In this document: positions 9,791 to 17,103 of the stretch, in pieces
How the letters are laid out: every line of letters starts with the position of its first letter
Numbering within the stretch: the stretch's first letter is position 1
From: an uncultured Verrucomicrobiae bacterium
GTDB taxonomy: Bacteria; Verrucomicrobiota; Verrucomicrobiia; Chthoniobacterales; UBA10450
Direction of reading: 5' to 3'
DNA: 64,000 nt
NCBI GenBank assembly: GCA_963761585.1
Contig: CAVXHW010000012.1
Span: 18,716 to 82,715 of the forward strand
Translations under genes and position numbers: made by a program
Notes under the pieces: generated by a model
The model's input: only the letters and a program-made list of their open reading frames with translations
Told to the model about the DNA's origin: nothing
Database searches by the model: none

Positions 9791-10450
9791 ATGATTGCCT
9801 TTAGTCTGGACAACCTACTTTTCTTTCTGCTCATTGCTGTCGCAGCTTTGTTTCAGCTGTTGTCGAAAACGATAAGCAAAACAAAAAAGAGCGATTCGAA
9901 CGAAACGGCGAGCTCACCACGGCCACAAACACCTCGACCAATTCAACGCGCGTCACGGGAATCCGATGCAGATCGAATTCGTAAATTCCTCGAAGCGCTG
10001 GGTCAGCCGCCAAGTTCAACTCCCCCTTCGCCTGTTCTCCCGCGTACTAATATTCCGGCTCGACCACTGGCACCCGTACAACCCCCTCCAGCGCTCCCGC
10101 CTGTGTGGCGATTACCTCGCCAACGCGCAGAGAAACCGGACGTCAGCCAAAGAGAAAGTACTCCCATTAAACAATCGGGCGGATTGCAGCAAATCCTTCC
10201 ACCAGTTGTTCCGGCTTCGGCTGCACCAACCTTCGAAGTTCAAGCGGCGTTCCCTGTCGGGCCTCAGCAGCCGTCGGTCAAAACGGCTGTGGAATCTGAC
10301 GCGGCGGGGAGTGAGATAGTTGCCAAACGCTCAGGGTCCAAAACAGATATCGCCACCTTGCTCGCATCGACATCGAGTCTGCGCCAGGCAATCCTCATTC
10401 GCGAAATTTTAGGACCACCTCGCGGTTTGCAGACACTGGATCCTGTGTAG
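9791..10450 (+). CDS. hypothetical proline-rich membrane-anchored protein
   Basis: N-terminal TM helix, a long Pro-rich low-complexity body and a C-terminal 'LRQAILIREILGPPRGL'. No family recognised. Confidence 0.45.
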   Translation: MIAFSLDNLLFFLLIAVAALFQLLSKTISKTKKSDSNETASSPRPQTPRPIQRASRESDADRIRKFLEALGQPPSSTPPSPVLPRTNIPARPLAPVQPPPALPPVWRLPRQRAEKPDVSQRESTPIKQSGGLQQILPPVVPASAAPTFEVQAAFPVGPQQPSVKTAVESDAAGSEIVAKRSGSKTDIATLLASTSSLRQAILIREILGPPRGLQTLDPV

Positions 10451-10452
10451 TG

Positions 10453-10481
10453 TCCGCTGTCCTCAGCGGATTTGTTCGTTT
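10453..10481 (+). terminator. candidate rho-independent terminator
   Basis: Stem TCCGCTG/CAGCGGA with loop TCCT, followed by TTTGTTCGTTT, immediately after the stop at 10450. Confidence 0.5.
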
Positions 10482-10531
10482 CCCTCTTGCAGGAATGCGC
10501 TTAAGACGGCGCACCGGATAGCGCGGCAACG

Positions 10532-10559
10532 TTGAGCTTACTCTGGAGTCTCGTATCAT
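10532..10559 (+). promoter_or_regulatory. candidate sigma-70 promoter in front of the tRNA-Leu 5'-half copy
   Basis: TTGAGC, a 16-nt spacer and TATCAT, ending 13 nt before the tRNA-like sequence. The intact tRNA-Leu(CAA) has the same geometry and the same GTTGAGCTT -35 context. Confidence 0.4.
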
Positions 10560-10572
10560 TTTGACTTCCGAC

Positions 10573-10615
10573 GCCGGCGTGGCGGAATTGGCAGACGCGC
10601 TGGACTCAAAATCCA
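10573..10615 (+). repeat. 43-nt exact copy of the 5' half of tRNA-Leu(CAA), acceptor through anticodon loop (att-like direct repeat)
   Basis: gccggcgtggcggaattggcagacgcgctggactcaaaatcca is identical to 16967-17009. Identity stops just after the anticodon loop, and no 3' half follows. Confidence 0.9.
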
Positions 10616-10795
10616 AAAAATCCCCTAGCTAACAAGTTGTTGCCTAGGACATGAGCGACCAGCATGACTCCATAATAGACAGTCATCCCGTCAATTCGAT
10701 GTCAACGGATTGAGCAATCCCTTTCCTGCACGTTTTGCGGCGAACGGCGCTTTGTCATTGAATGTCCAGCGCCGTCAACGACAATTTTAATTGCT

Positions 10796-10978
10796 ATGAA
10801 AAACTCGATCATCTTCATTTCGGCCCTCTCTTTAGTGGCGATGATGCTGGCTTCGTGCAGTAGCGCTTTTGCACCCGACGACACGCAAACAACAGGCGTA
10901 ACGCGTCAGACTAACGAGCCGCCTCCTGAGCGCAGCGCCGAAGATTCAGCCAATTCAATCAGTGGTGGACATTACTAA
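10796..10978 (+). CDS. small putative lipoprotein
   Basis: MKNSIIFISALSLVAMMLASC has a lipobox-like LASC. It is only 60 aa, so coding status is uncertain. Confidence 0.35.
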   Translation: MKNSIIFISALSLVAMMLASCSSAFAPDDTQTTGVTRQTNEPPPERSAEDSANSISGGHY

Positions 10979-10986
10979 CAGGACTA

Positions 10987-11769
10987 ATGCCACCAACTGC
11001 ATTTTCTGAGGCGAAAACAAAGACTGGGAAACAGGTTTTTGTTTCTGAACTCTTCGAGGATTGGATAACGCGTAGATTGGGTCTTTCCCAGTCGCCATTG
11101 CGCAGCTTGGAGAATGACGACGATTGGACCTTCGTGATAAAAATACACGCTATCGCTGAAGCCGGTTTGAATCACCTGCTAAAGGTGCGGTTGAACGATC
11201 CAAAACTCATCAAGATTGTCATTAAGTTGCCGACGAATGATGAGAGAAGAGGCAAGTTGGCACTCATAAAAACATACGACCTCCTGAGAGAAGACTGCCG
11301 TCTGTTTGTGCGGCTATTTTCAGATATCAGAAATAGCGCCGTCCACGATGCCAAAAGCTTCAATTTAGACCTCATGAAGTATGTTGCGGCGCTCGAAGAC
11401 AAGGATAAACCGAAATGGAAAAGAGCATTTTCTTCCTGGTGGGTTCCGGGGTTTCCCGATCCGCAACACCCAGCCGCAGCGCAACACGAAGCGGCTGGTA
11501 GGTACCACCTTGAGACCGCGCTAGACGATCCGCGACTCAGTATTTTTAGGTCGTGCACGCACATTTTAGCTCAAGCTCAGGCTCAGGAAATGAACGCGGA
11601 AAGCCGCCGAAGAGAACCGATACAAGCTAAACTAGCCGCCGCAGGCTTGGCGGATCGTGTAAAGATTACGTTCACGGATGACGCAGACGGCTTCCAGTCG
11701 AAGGCTACCTTTTCTGGCTCAGAGGAGGACGTGGCGAAAGCGATAGAGGTATTTTTTAGGAGAGACTAG
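10987..11769 (+). CDS. hypothetical protein with HEPN-like Rx4H motif
   Basis: 260-aa ORF that looks helical by eye, containing 'FSDIRNSAVHDAK' (R-x4-H). No other family features recognised. Confidence 0.4.
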   Translation: MPPTAFSEAKTKTGKQVFVSELFEDWITRRLGLSQSPLRSLENDDDWTFVIKIHAIAEAGLNHLLKVRLNDPKLIKIVIKLPTNDERRGKLALIKTYDLLREDCRLFVRLFSDIRNSAVHDAKSFNLDLMKYVAALEDKDKPKWKRAFSSWWVPGFPDPQHPAAAQHEAAGRYHLETALDDPRLSIFRSCTHILAQAQAQEMNAESRRREPIQAKLAAAGLADRVKITFTDDADGFQSKATFSGSEEDVAKAIEVFFRRD

Positions 11770-11788
11770 ATTTCAGCTTGGCGAACCC

Positions 11789-12031
11789 TTGGGACAATCG
11801 AGCATCCACGTCTACGAAATCCGACCGCGCAAAGACAAACGCGGCGTCGATCTAATCAGCGACGCGCTTCCGTTCGGCCGGCTGTGGTATGATGGACCGA
11901 ACGCTGCCAGCAACGCAATCGGCTACGCCAGCCAGTACAGCCGCTCCCATGATGCTGTGATTCGCGTTTACGATGACGCGGGCAACGTCATAGAAACGCA
12001 CGAGCACGCAGGCGATTTCAAAGAACCGTGA
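11789..12031 (+). CDS. small conserved hypothetical protein (80 aa)
   Basis: TTG-initiated ORF IHVYEIRPRKDKRGVDLISDALPFGRLWY...HDAVIRVYDDAGNVIETHEHAGDFKEP. A degraded second copy lies at 13440-13669. Confidence 0.5.
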   Translation: MGQSSIHVYEIRPRKDKRGVDLISDALPFGRLWYDGPNAASNAIGYASQYSRSHDAVIRVYDDAGNVIETHEHAGDFKEP

Positions 12032-12154
12032 GGGCTGTCTCAGTCCCTCACATTACCTGTCACGCGGACTTTCTGCGGCTTGTGTCCCGTCGCGTTATAG
12101 CTCAAAGATTCTTCAGACCGTCTTCCCTGTTCTCAAGCAGCAATCCTCGAGAAA

Positions 12155-13375
12155 CTATTTCACGATGTTGTCCGTGTCGTAATAAAAGCTCGTGCCAATT
12201 CGGTTATCGTAGGCTTGCCTAACAGAATCGAATATATTATCGGTTACACGGATGGTGGAACTACCGGTGTAGGCAACAATACAGCTGCCGGCTTGCGTTG
12301 GCTTCAACGCTCGAAATATGTTGCCAGACACTCGCGCGTCGTTCGTTGAGGTGAGGAATACGCCATTCTCATTCGTTATCCTGTTGGTTTGGCTAGTAAA
12401 AGTGTTATCTGAGATAATGGCAGCAATACAGTTGGTAAGTGCTAGATGCGTGCCATCGACGGCAACCGGGTTCGCGTGTTCAAAGTCCACGTGCGAGACT
12501 TTGATAGCGCTTAAGTTCGTCATTCTCACGCCGTCCCCAATCATATCCACATGACCGTTTAACAGTGTGAAGACCGGACTAGGTGAAGATGATTGAGAGG
12601 ATGCAAGGCTCAACGCCGGCTGACCGCCCGTCCCGCAGGAGACAACTTCAAAGCCGGACATATAGAAGCCTTCTACCCATCCCGATGTAACAATAGCTGC
12701 GTTACAGAACTTTATCTCAACATGTGTGAGCTGTATGCCGGTTGTACCTACAGTTGTGGGAGAAGTCCATTGGATACCTGTGGAGGTGACACCGATGTTC
12801 CCTGAGATATCCACCTTGTCTATCACGGCGTTGTGCGCTCTGAATAAATAGATTCCCGTGGTCCAGTATCCTCCAGTATTACCCGTTTCGGCGTTACCAC
12901 GAATTTCGACGTTTTGGATGGTTGCGGTATGGTATTTGGCATTGCCATTCCCGAACGCGGCATAGATTGCTCTCCCAGTCGCACCTGTCAGAGCTTCGAG
13001 GGTAAGCCCGTCAACATTGAGCGTATTCGCTCCCACAGTCGGAGCATAGATGCCAGCCGAAGGGCCGGTAAAGAGGATCGTGGAGACCCCAGGTCCATCG
13101 CCATAAAAGCGGTATGACTTGTTGGCGGGGACAGTTATTTGACCAGTATAGTTATAGCTGCCGGGAGGAAAATAAATGCTTGTCCCAGCAGCAACTGCGC
13201 TATTGATAGCTGCGGTATCGTCCGTTCCGTCATTCGGCGTCGCGCCATAATCAGTAATATTGATTCGATCAACAGCAGCTGCACCGAAACCGCAAGCCAA
13301 GTTGAAGAGCATAGAGAGAATTATGAGAGCTTTGTTCACGCGGCGAAGAGTATGTGTCCTCGATACGGCAGGCAA
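12155..13375 (-). CDS. right-handed beta-helix / pectate-lyase-3-like (tailspike-like) secreted protein
   Basis: 'INITDYGATPNDGTDDTAAINSAVAAGTSIYFPPGSYNY' is the classic N-terminal motif of Pectate_lyase_3 and tailspike depolymerase domains. A signal-anchor-like N-terminus is present. Confidence 0.6.
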   Translation of the reverse strand: MPAVSRTHTLRRVNKALIILSMLFNLACGFGAAAVDRINITDYGATPNDGTDDTAAINSAVAAGTSIYFPPGSYNYTGQITVPANKSYRFYGDGPGVSTILFTGPSAGIYAPTVGANTLNVDGLTLEALTGATGRAIYAAFGNGNAKYHTATIQNVEIRGNAETGNTGGYWTTGIYLFRAHNAVIDKVDISGNIGVTSTGIQWTSPTTVGTTGIQLTHVEIKFCNAAIVTSGWVEGFYMSGFEVVSCGTGGQPALSLASSQSSSPSPVFTLLNGHVDMIGDGVRMTNLSAIKVSHVDFEHANPVAVDGTHLALTNCIAAIISDNTFTSQTNRITNENGVFLTSTNDARVSGNIFRALKPTQAGSCIVAYTGSSTIRVTDNIFDSVRQAYDNRIGTSFYYDTDNIVK

Positions 13376-13439
13376 GAATTTCTGAATTCGAAGCCGTTTA
13401 TTGCGTGTCGCCGTCTCTCTAATGAAAGCGATGCAACCA

Positions 13440-13669
13440 GCGCACTCTTACGAAGTCCATCCCCGCAATGATCATCACGGCGTCAATCTGATTTCCGATG
13501 CGCTGCTATTCGGACGGCTGTGCTACGGCGATCCTCGCGCAATCACGAGCGCAATCGACTACGCGAAGTTTCGCAACCGTTAACACGATGCCGTCGTACG
13601 CGTTTACGATGAAGCTGGTAACGTGATCGAGACGCACGAGCACGCAGGCGATTTCCCAAAGAACCGTAA
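13440..13669 (+). pseudogene. degraded copy of the 80-aa protein gene (in-frame TAA plus 2-nt insertion)
   Basis: SYEVHPRNDHHGVNLISDALLFGRLCYGDP...KFRNR*HDAVVRVYDEAGNVIETHEHAGDF. The TAA is at 13581-13583. An extra 'cc' before the terminal AAAGAACCGTAA distinguishes it from the copy at 11789-12031. Confidence 0.7.
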
Positions 13670-13675
13670 CGCGTG

Positions 13676-13710
13676 AAACAAAAAGCCGCCACGTGGTGAG
13701 CGTGACGGCT
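13676..13710 (-). terminator. candidate rho-independent terminator of the tail-fibre-like gene
   Basis: On the minus strand the stem AGCCGTCACG/CGTGGCGGCT has one mismatch and is followed by TTTTGTTT. It lies 20 nt after the stop at 13731. Confidence 0.55.
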
Positions 13711-13730
13711 GATTGTGAAATGCTGCTGCT

Positions 13731-15311
13731 TTAGGGATTGTTAACCATTTGCGGCGCAGGCTTGCTCGCTTCAACCTGAGCGCTCACCTTCTGGATTTGT
13801 GATGCCTGCTCGCCCAGGCGCTCAGTAAGCTGCGCAATTGTTGCCCCGAAATCTTTCTTTAACTGCGTGATCGTGGCCTGTTGTTCTTCCACCTTGCGAT
13901 GCTCCTTGAGGAACTCATTGAGCAACATCGCGTTCACCGCTTCGTAGCGCACCGTGTACACTTTCCCCTCGGCATCGCAAGCCACTAAGTCTGGATTCAC
14001 CCTTGCGACGTCCTCTGCTACGAGGCCAAATTGCGGTCTACGGTCAGGGTCAATCTCCTTCTTATAGCGAAAGCTCACAGGTTTAAGCGCGAGAATTGCT
14101 TCGCTGGTCTTATCCATCGGTCTGATTTCGTCCTTGAACCGACGCGAGGAGGCGGCCGTACCAAGCTGTCCGGACGAATTTACCTGAACAGCGCTTCCGG
14201 CGACGGGGACTCCGGTAATGCCAACGATAAATGTCCGTGTCTGCGCCCCTGCCGTGCCAATCCGGATCCTGCCCGACTCCCCAGCGATACCAACGTTGTC
14301 GATGTCGATATTGTTGTCACCCGTCGTTAGAGCATGACCCGCATCTTGGCCCAAAGCGATGTTGTTGCTTCCGGTTGTGTTGAAAAAGAGGGCAGTGGAA
14401 CCGAGCGCTGTGTTACCCTCGCCGGTTGTGTTATGTTGGACAGCACCAACACCAACTGCTGCGTTGAACTGCCCAGTTGTGTTGCTCATGAGCGAATTAA
14501 CGCCGATTGCCGTATTGTCAATGCCGGTGGTGTTGTTCCCGAGCGCACTGAAACCTGTGGCCGTATTTTCGTTGCCGGTAGTGTTACTCCGAAGCGCTGT
14601 GGAACCGGTAGCGGTGTTATCAGCGCCGGTGGTGTTGCTAAAAAGCGCTGTGGAACCGATAGCGGTGTTATCAGCGCCGGTCGTGCTCCTCTCAAGCGCT
14701 TGGGAACCGATGGCGGTGTTAAAGTTGCCGATGGTGTTGTTAAGGAGCGCCTTAAACCCGTTGGCGGTGTTAGCTCGGCTGATAGTGCTACTAAAAAGCG
14801 CTTCAAATCCGGTGGCCGTGTTATCGAAGCCGGTGGTGTTGCTAAAAAGCGCTTCAAATCCGGTGGCCGTGTTTTGCTGGCCCGTGGTGTTGCTAAAAAG
14901 CACTGCCGTGCCAGTGGCCGTATTTGCGTTACCGATGGTGTTGTGAAAGAGCGTATTCACGCCGACCGCCGTATTTGCACTCCCAGTGCTATTGTTGGGG
15001 AGCGCGTTAACGCCATTGGCAGTGTTTTGAGCGCCGGTGGTGTTGTTAAAGAGTGCGTGGAACCCCTCGCCGGTGTTGAAATTGCCGGTAGTGTCTTGAA
15101 AGAGCGCTTGAAAACCCACAGCGGTGTTGTCGATGCCACTCGTCAGGCTCTGGAGTGCTTGATCTCCTTCGGCCGTGTTGCTCCCCGGATAACCGCCGTC
15201 AGGTGGTGGAACGACTGCTTGCGTGCTCGGCAAAAGGCCGAAGCAGAGGAGTGTTAGTGTGAGTGTAATGAGAAGTGGTGGAGTTGTTTTGAGCTGAATC
15301 AGTAGATTCAT
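13731..15311 (-). CDS. tail-fibre-like secreted repeat protein with C-terminal intramolecular chaperone (peptidase S74-like) domain
   Basis: Signal peptide, then about 18 copies of a 17-aa repeat (NTAxGxxALxxNTTGxx). The C-terminus reads 'GTAASSRRFKDEIRPMDKTSEAILALKPVSFRYKKE...FGLVAEDV...YEAVNAMLLNEFLK', typical of the endosialidase-chaperone domain. Confidence 0.7.
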   Translation of the reverse strand: MNLLIQLKTTPPLLITLTLTLLCFGLLPSTQAVVPPPDGGYPGSNTAEGDQALQSLTSGIDNTAVGFQALFQDTTGNFNTGEGFHALFNNTTGAQNTANGVNALPNNSTGSANTAVGVNTLFHNTIGNANTATGTAVLFSNTTGQQNTATGFEALFSNTTGFDNTATGFEALFSSTISRANTANGFKALLNNTIGNFNTAIGSQALERSTTGADNTAIGSTALFSNTTGADNTATGSTALRSNTTGNENTATGFSALGNNTTGIDNTAIGVNSLMSNTTGQFNAAVGVGAVQHNTTGEGNTALGSTALFFNTTGSNNIALGQDAGHALTTGDNNIDIDNVGIAGESGRIRIGTAGAQTRTFIVGITGVPVAGSAVQVNSSGQLGTAASSRRFKDEIRPMDKTSEAILALKPVSFRYKKEIDPDRRPQFGLVAEDVARVNPDLVACDAEGKVYTVRYEAVNAMLLNEFLKEHRKVEEQQATITQLKKDFGATIAQLTERLGEQASQIQKVSAQVEASKPAPQMVNNP

Positions 15312-15531
15312 GATTCTTTCCTTTCTTTTTCCGCATTAAGTTGATTCTGAATTGCCGGGTTCCCGAAAGAGGCGAAGAACCTGAGCGGGGAAAAGCCCTC
15401 CGCCTGATTCAGATACGTCTAACGCCGTCGAGTTTGGGAAAAAGCTCGTCAACCCGTCAAGACAATTCGCCGCAAGCGCAGATCGTAGATTCGCGTTCCA
15501 GGAACGCCGTCAGCTTTTCATCTTGGCAAAA

Positions 15532-16011
15532 CTAGAGGGAATCCCAAAGAGGTCGCAAATCCTCATCCTCCAGAGCCGCCATTCGCCAATCCAAATCAAT
15601 TTCAAAAGCTTTTTTAAGATAGCCTTTGGCGTTTTCCATTTCTCCAAGTTGGCAATAATAACACGCAAGATTATATGGAATTGCAGCCTCTCTTGGGAAC
15701 TTCGCCTCTGCGTTAAGGAGAATTTCCATCGCTCCGTCGATGGAATATGCTCGCCGAGTCGCATATGCCAGCGAGATTGTCCATTGGACATTATCCGGCT
15801 CAAACTGCTTCAGACGTTTGGCGATTTCCTGCATCAGCTCCCATTTTTACAATCCACGATAAATCTCGATCCTTACGGCGAGAACTTCGGGGAGCAGCAC
15901 GACAAAACGGGTCAATTTTTCTAACTCCGAATCGGCCTCTGCAAACATTCCAAGTTCGACGTATCCAATTGCAGCTTGCCGATATTGTTGGTCTGGCGGT
16001 TCAAGTGGCAT
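15532..16011 (-). pseudogene. TPR-like protein gene interrupted by an in-frame TAA (15847-15849)
   Basis: Manual translation gives MPLEPPDQQYRQAAIGYVELGMFAEADSELEKL...IEIYRGL*KWELMQEIAKRL...YNLACYYCQLGEMENAKGYLKKAFEIDLDWRMAALEDEDLRPLWDSL. A single frame is broken only by the one stop. Confidence 0.6.
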
Positions 16012-16160
16012 GATTGCGTTCCTATCGCACTAATGAGTTGAAAGCGACCCAGCCCAACCTCCATCGAGCTTTCCTAAGGTTGTTAGCGATTGATTTGCCA
16101 GTTCTTCATTCGATGCCTCGGCGGCATCACCGGGTACACCTACGGCTGACGTCGCTTGAT

Positions 16161-16814
16161 TTATCTGACCAAATTTGCAAACGGAGCGTAATCAAGTTGC
16201 CCGTATCGCGGCGGAACGATCTTATTTGAATCTAAACCGCGCCGCGCTGCCGCTTGCTTTGCACCCTCGTATGTTTTCATGTCTCGCGCGTATTGCGATG
16301 CCTTTTCTTGCGGCGACATCGCTTCTTCCCGAGCTGCCTTCTCTAACTGAAGCTCCTTCTCGGACATTTCGACTTCCAACCCGTTGACGCCACCCACGCC
16401 CACGACATGCCGCCCGGTTGCCGTCTTATGTCCCGGCTCGATTGTCGTGTTTTGTGCCTTGGCAGCTTCTTCCGTTGCTCGCCGTGACGATTCCAGTGCC
16501 ACTTGTTTTTCTTTTTCCCGCTGCTTATTAGCTTCTTCAATCTGTTGATTTGTCCGCTGAGCGGTGGTGGCTTGGGCGCCGGCGAAATCAGCAGCCTGTT
16601 GCGGATTATAGTTAAACCGCTGCTGAACCTCTTTCGGCAGTTCTTGAAAATAAATTTTAGAGATTCCCGATTTCGACTTAACCACAATCCCATCGGGGTC
16701 GACGTGAGTGACAGTGGCGTTTTTGTATTCCTTTCCGGCAACGGTTTTGAAGTCGTCAGCCAGTGCGAGTGATGTAGACAGTGCCGCCAAAATTACTAGG
16801 GGGAAGGAATTCAT
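16161..16814 (-). CDS. secreted protein with a conserved N-terminal domain and a charged, apparently coiled-coil tail (paralogue of 32593-33177)
   Basis: Signal peptide plus 'DDFKTVAGKEYKNATVTHVDPDGIVVKSKSGISKIYFQELPKEVQQRFNY'. This closely matches 'EDFKTVNGKEYKDATVTRVEPDGIVVKTNSGITKVYFTELPKEVQEHFHY' in the other copy. Confidence 0.55.
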   Translation of the reverse strand: MNSFPLVILAALSTSLALADDFKTVAGKEYKNATVTHVDPDGIVVKSKSGISKIYFQELPKEVQQRFNYNPQQAADFAGAQATTAQRTNQQIEEANKQREKEKQVALESSRRATEEAAKAQNTTIEPGHKTATGRHVVGVGGVNGLEVEMSEKELQLEKAAREEAMSPQEKASQYARDMKTYEGAKQAAARRGLDSNKIVPPRYGQLDYAPFANLVR

Positions 16815-16925
16815 GCTGCGGATTCTGCCTCTTTCTGCTCTGCCACTGCAATGACAAAGTTAGAGTCAGTCACGCTCAATCGCTCTGCGCTTCGTTTAGA
16901 GAAGCGGCTACAGTTTGTTGCGAAG

Positions 16926-16953
16926 TTGAGCTTCGCGCACGTGCTTGTAGGTT
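16926..16953 (+). promoter_or_regulatory. candidate sigma-70 promoter of tRNA-Leu(CAA)
   Basis: TTGAGC, a 16-nt spacer and TAGGTT, ending 13 nt before the tRNA 5' end. Confidence 0.4.
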
Positions 16954-16966
16954 CAGGATTCCAATT

Positions 16967-17050
16967 GCCGGCGTGGCGGAATTGGCAGACGCGCTGGACT
17001 CAAAATCCAGTGGCCGCAAGGTCGTGTGGGTTCGAGCCCCTCCGCCGGCA
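16967..17050 (+). tRNA. tRNA-Leu (anticodon CAA)
   Basis: Hand-folded. The acceptor pairs GCCGGCG with CGCCGGC. The anticodon stem pairs CTGGA with TCCAG around loop CTCAAAA. There is a long variable arm and a T loop TTCGAGC, with one T-T mismatch in the T stem. Confidence 0.85.
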
Positions 17051-17103
17051 ATGAATTCTCAATTCAATGGTCGATGTCGGACCTTCAGCGCGACGCGATC
17101 CAT

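Larger units (their letters stand above)
10573..17050. mobile_element. putative degraded integrated element or genomic islet bounded by tRNA-Leu(CAA) 5'-half direct repeats
   Basis: Direct 43-nt repeats bound the segment. The cargo is tailspike-like and tail-fibre-like genes, a HEPN-like ORF and two genes with in-frame stops. No integrase was recognised. Confidence 0.45.

Noticed and set aside
12028-12055. A hairpin, TGAGGGCTG-TCT-CAGTCCCTCA, overlaps the stop of the 80-aa ORF and could be a terminator.
   Set aside because: The stem has a bulge and no T-tract follows on either strand, so it is too weak to annotate.
14334-15257. A 307-aa plus-strand ORF and other long ORFs (14359-14946, 14486-14857) overlap the tail-fibre-like gene.
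   Set aside because: They mirror the 51-bp repeat of the minus-strand gene. Their translations are low-complexity (V/G/R/K-rich), while the minus-strand frame has a signal peptide and a recognisable S74-type C-terminus. I regard them as shadow ORFs.
10616-16966. I searched the tRNA-bounded islet for an integrase, recombinase or transposase.
   Set aside because: None of the ORFs shows tyrosine- or serine-recombinase motifs or a DDE motif by eye. The element is therefore called only as a putative degraded islet, not as an active mobile element.
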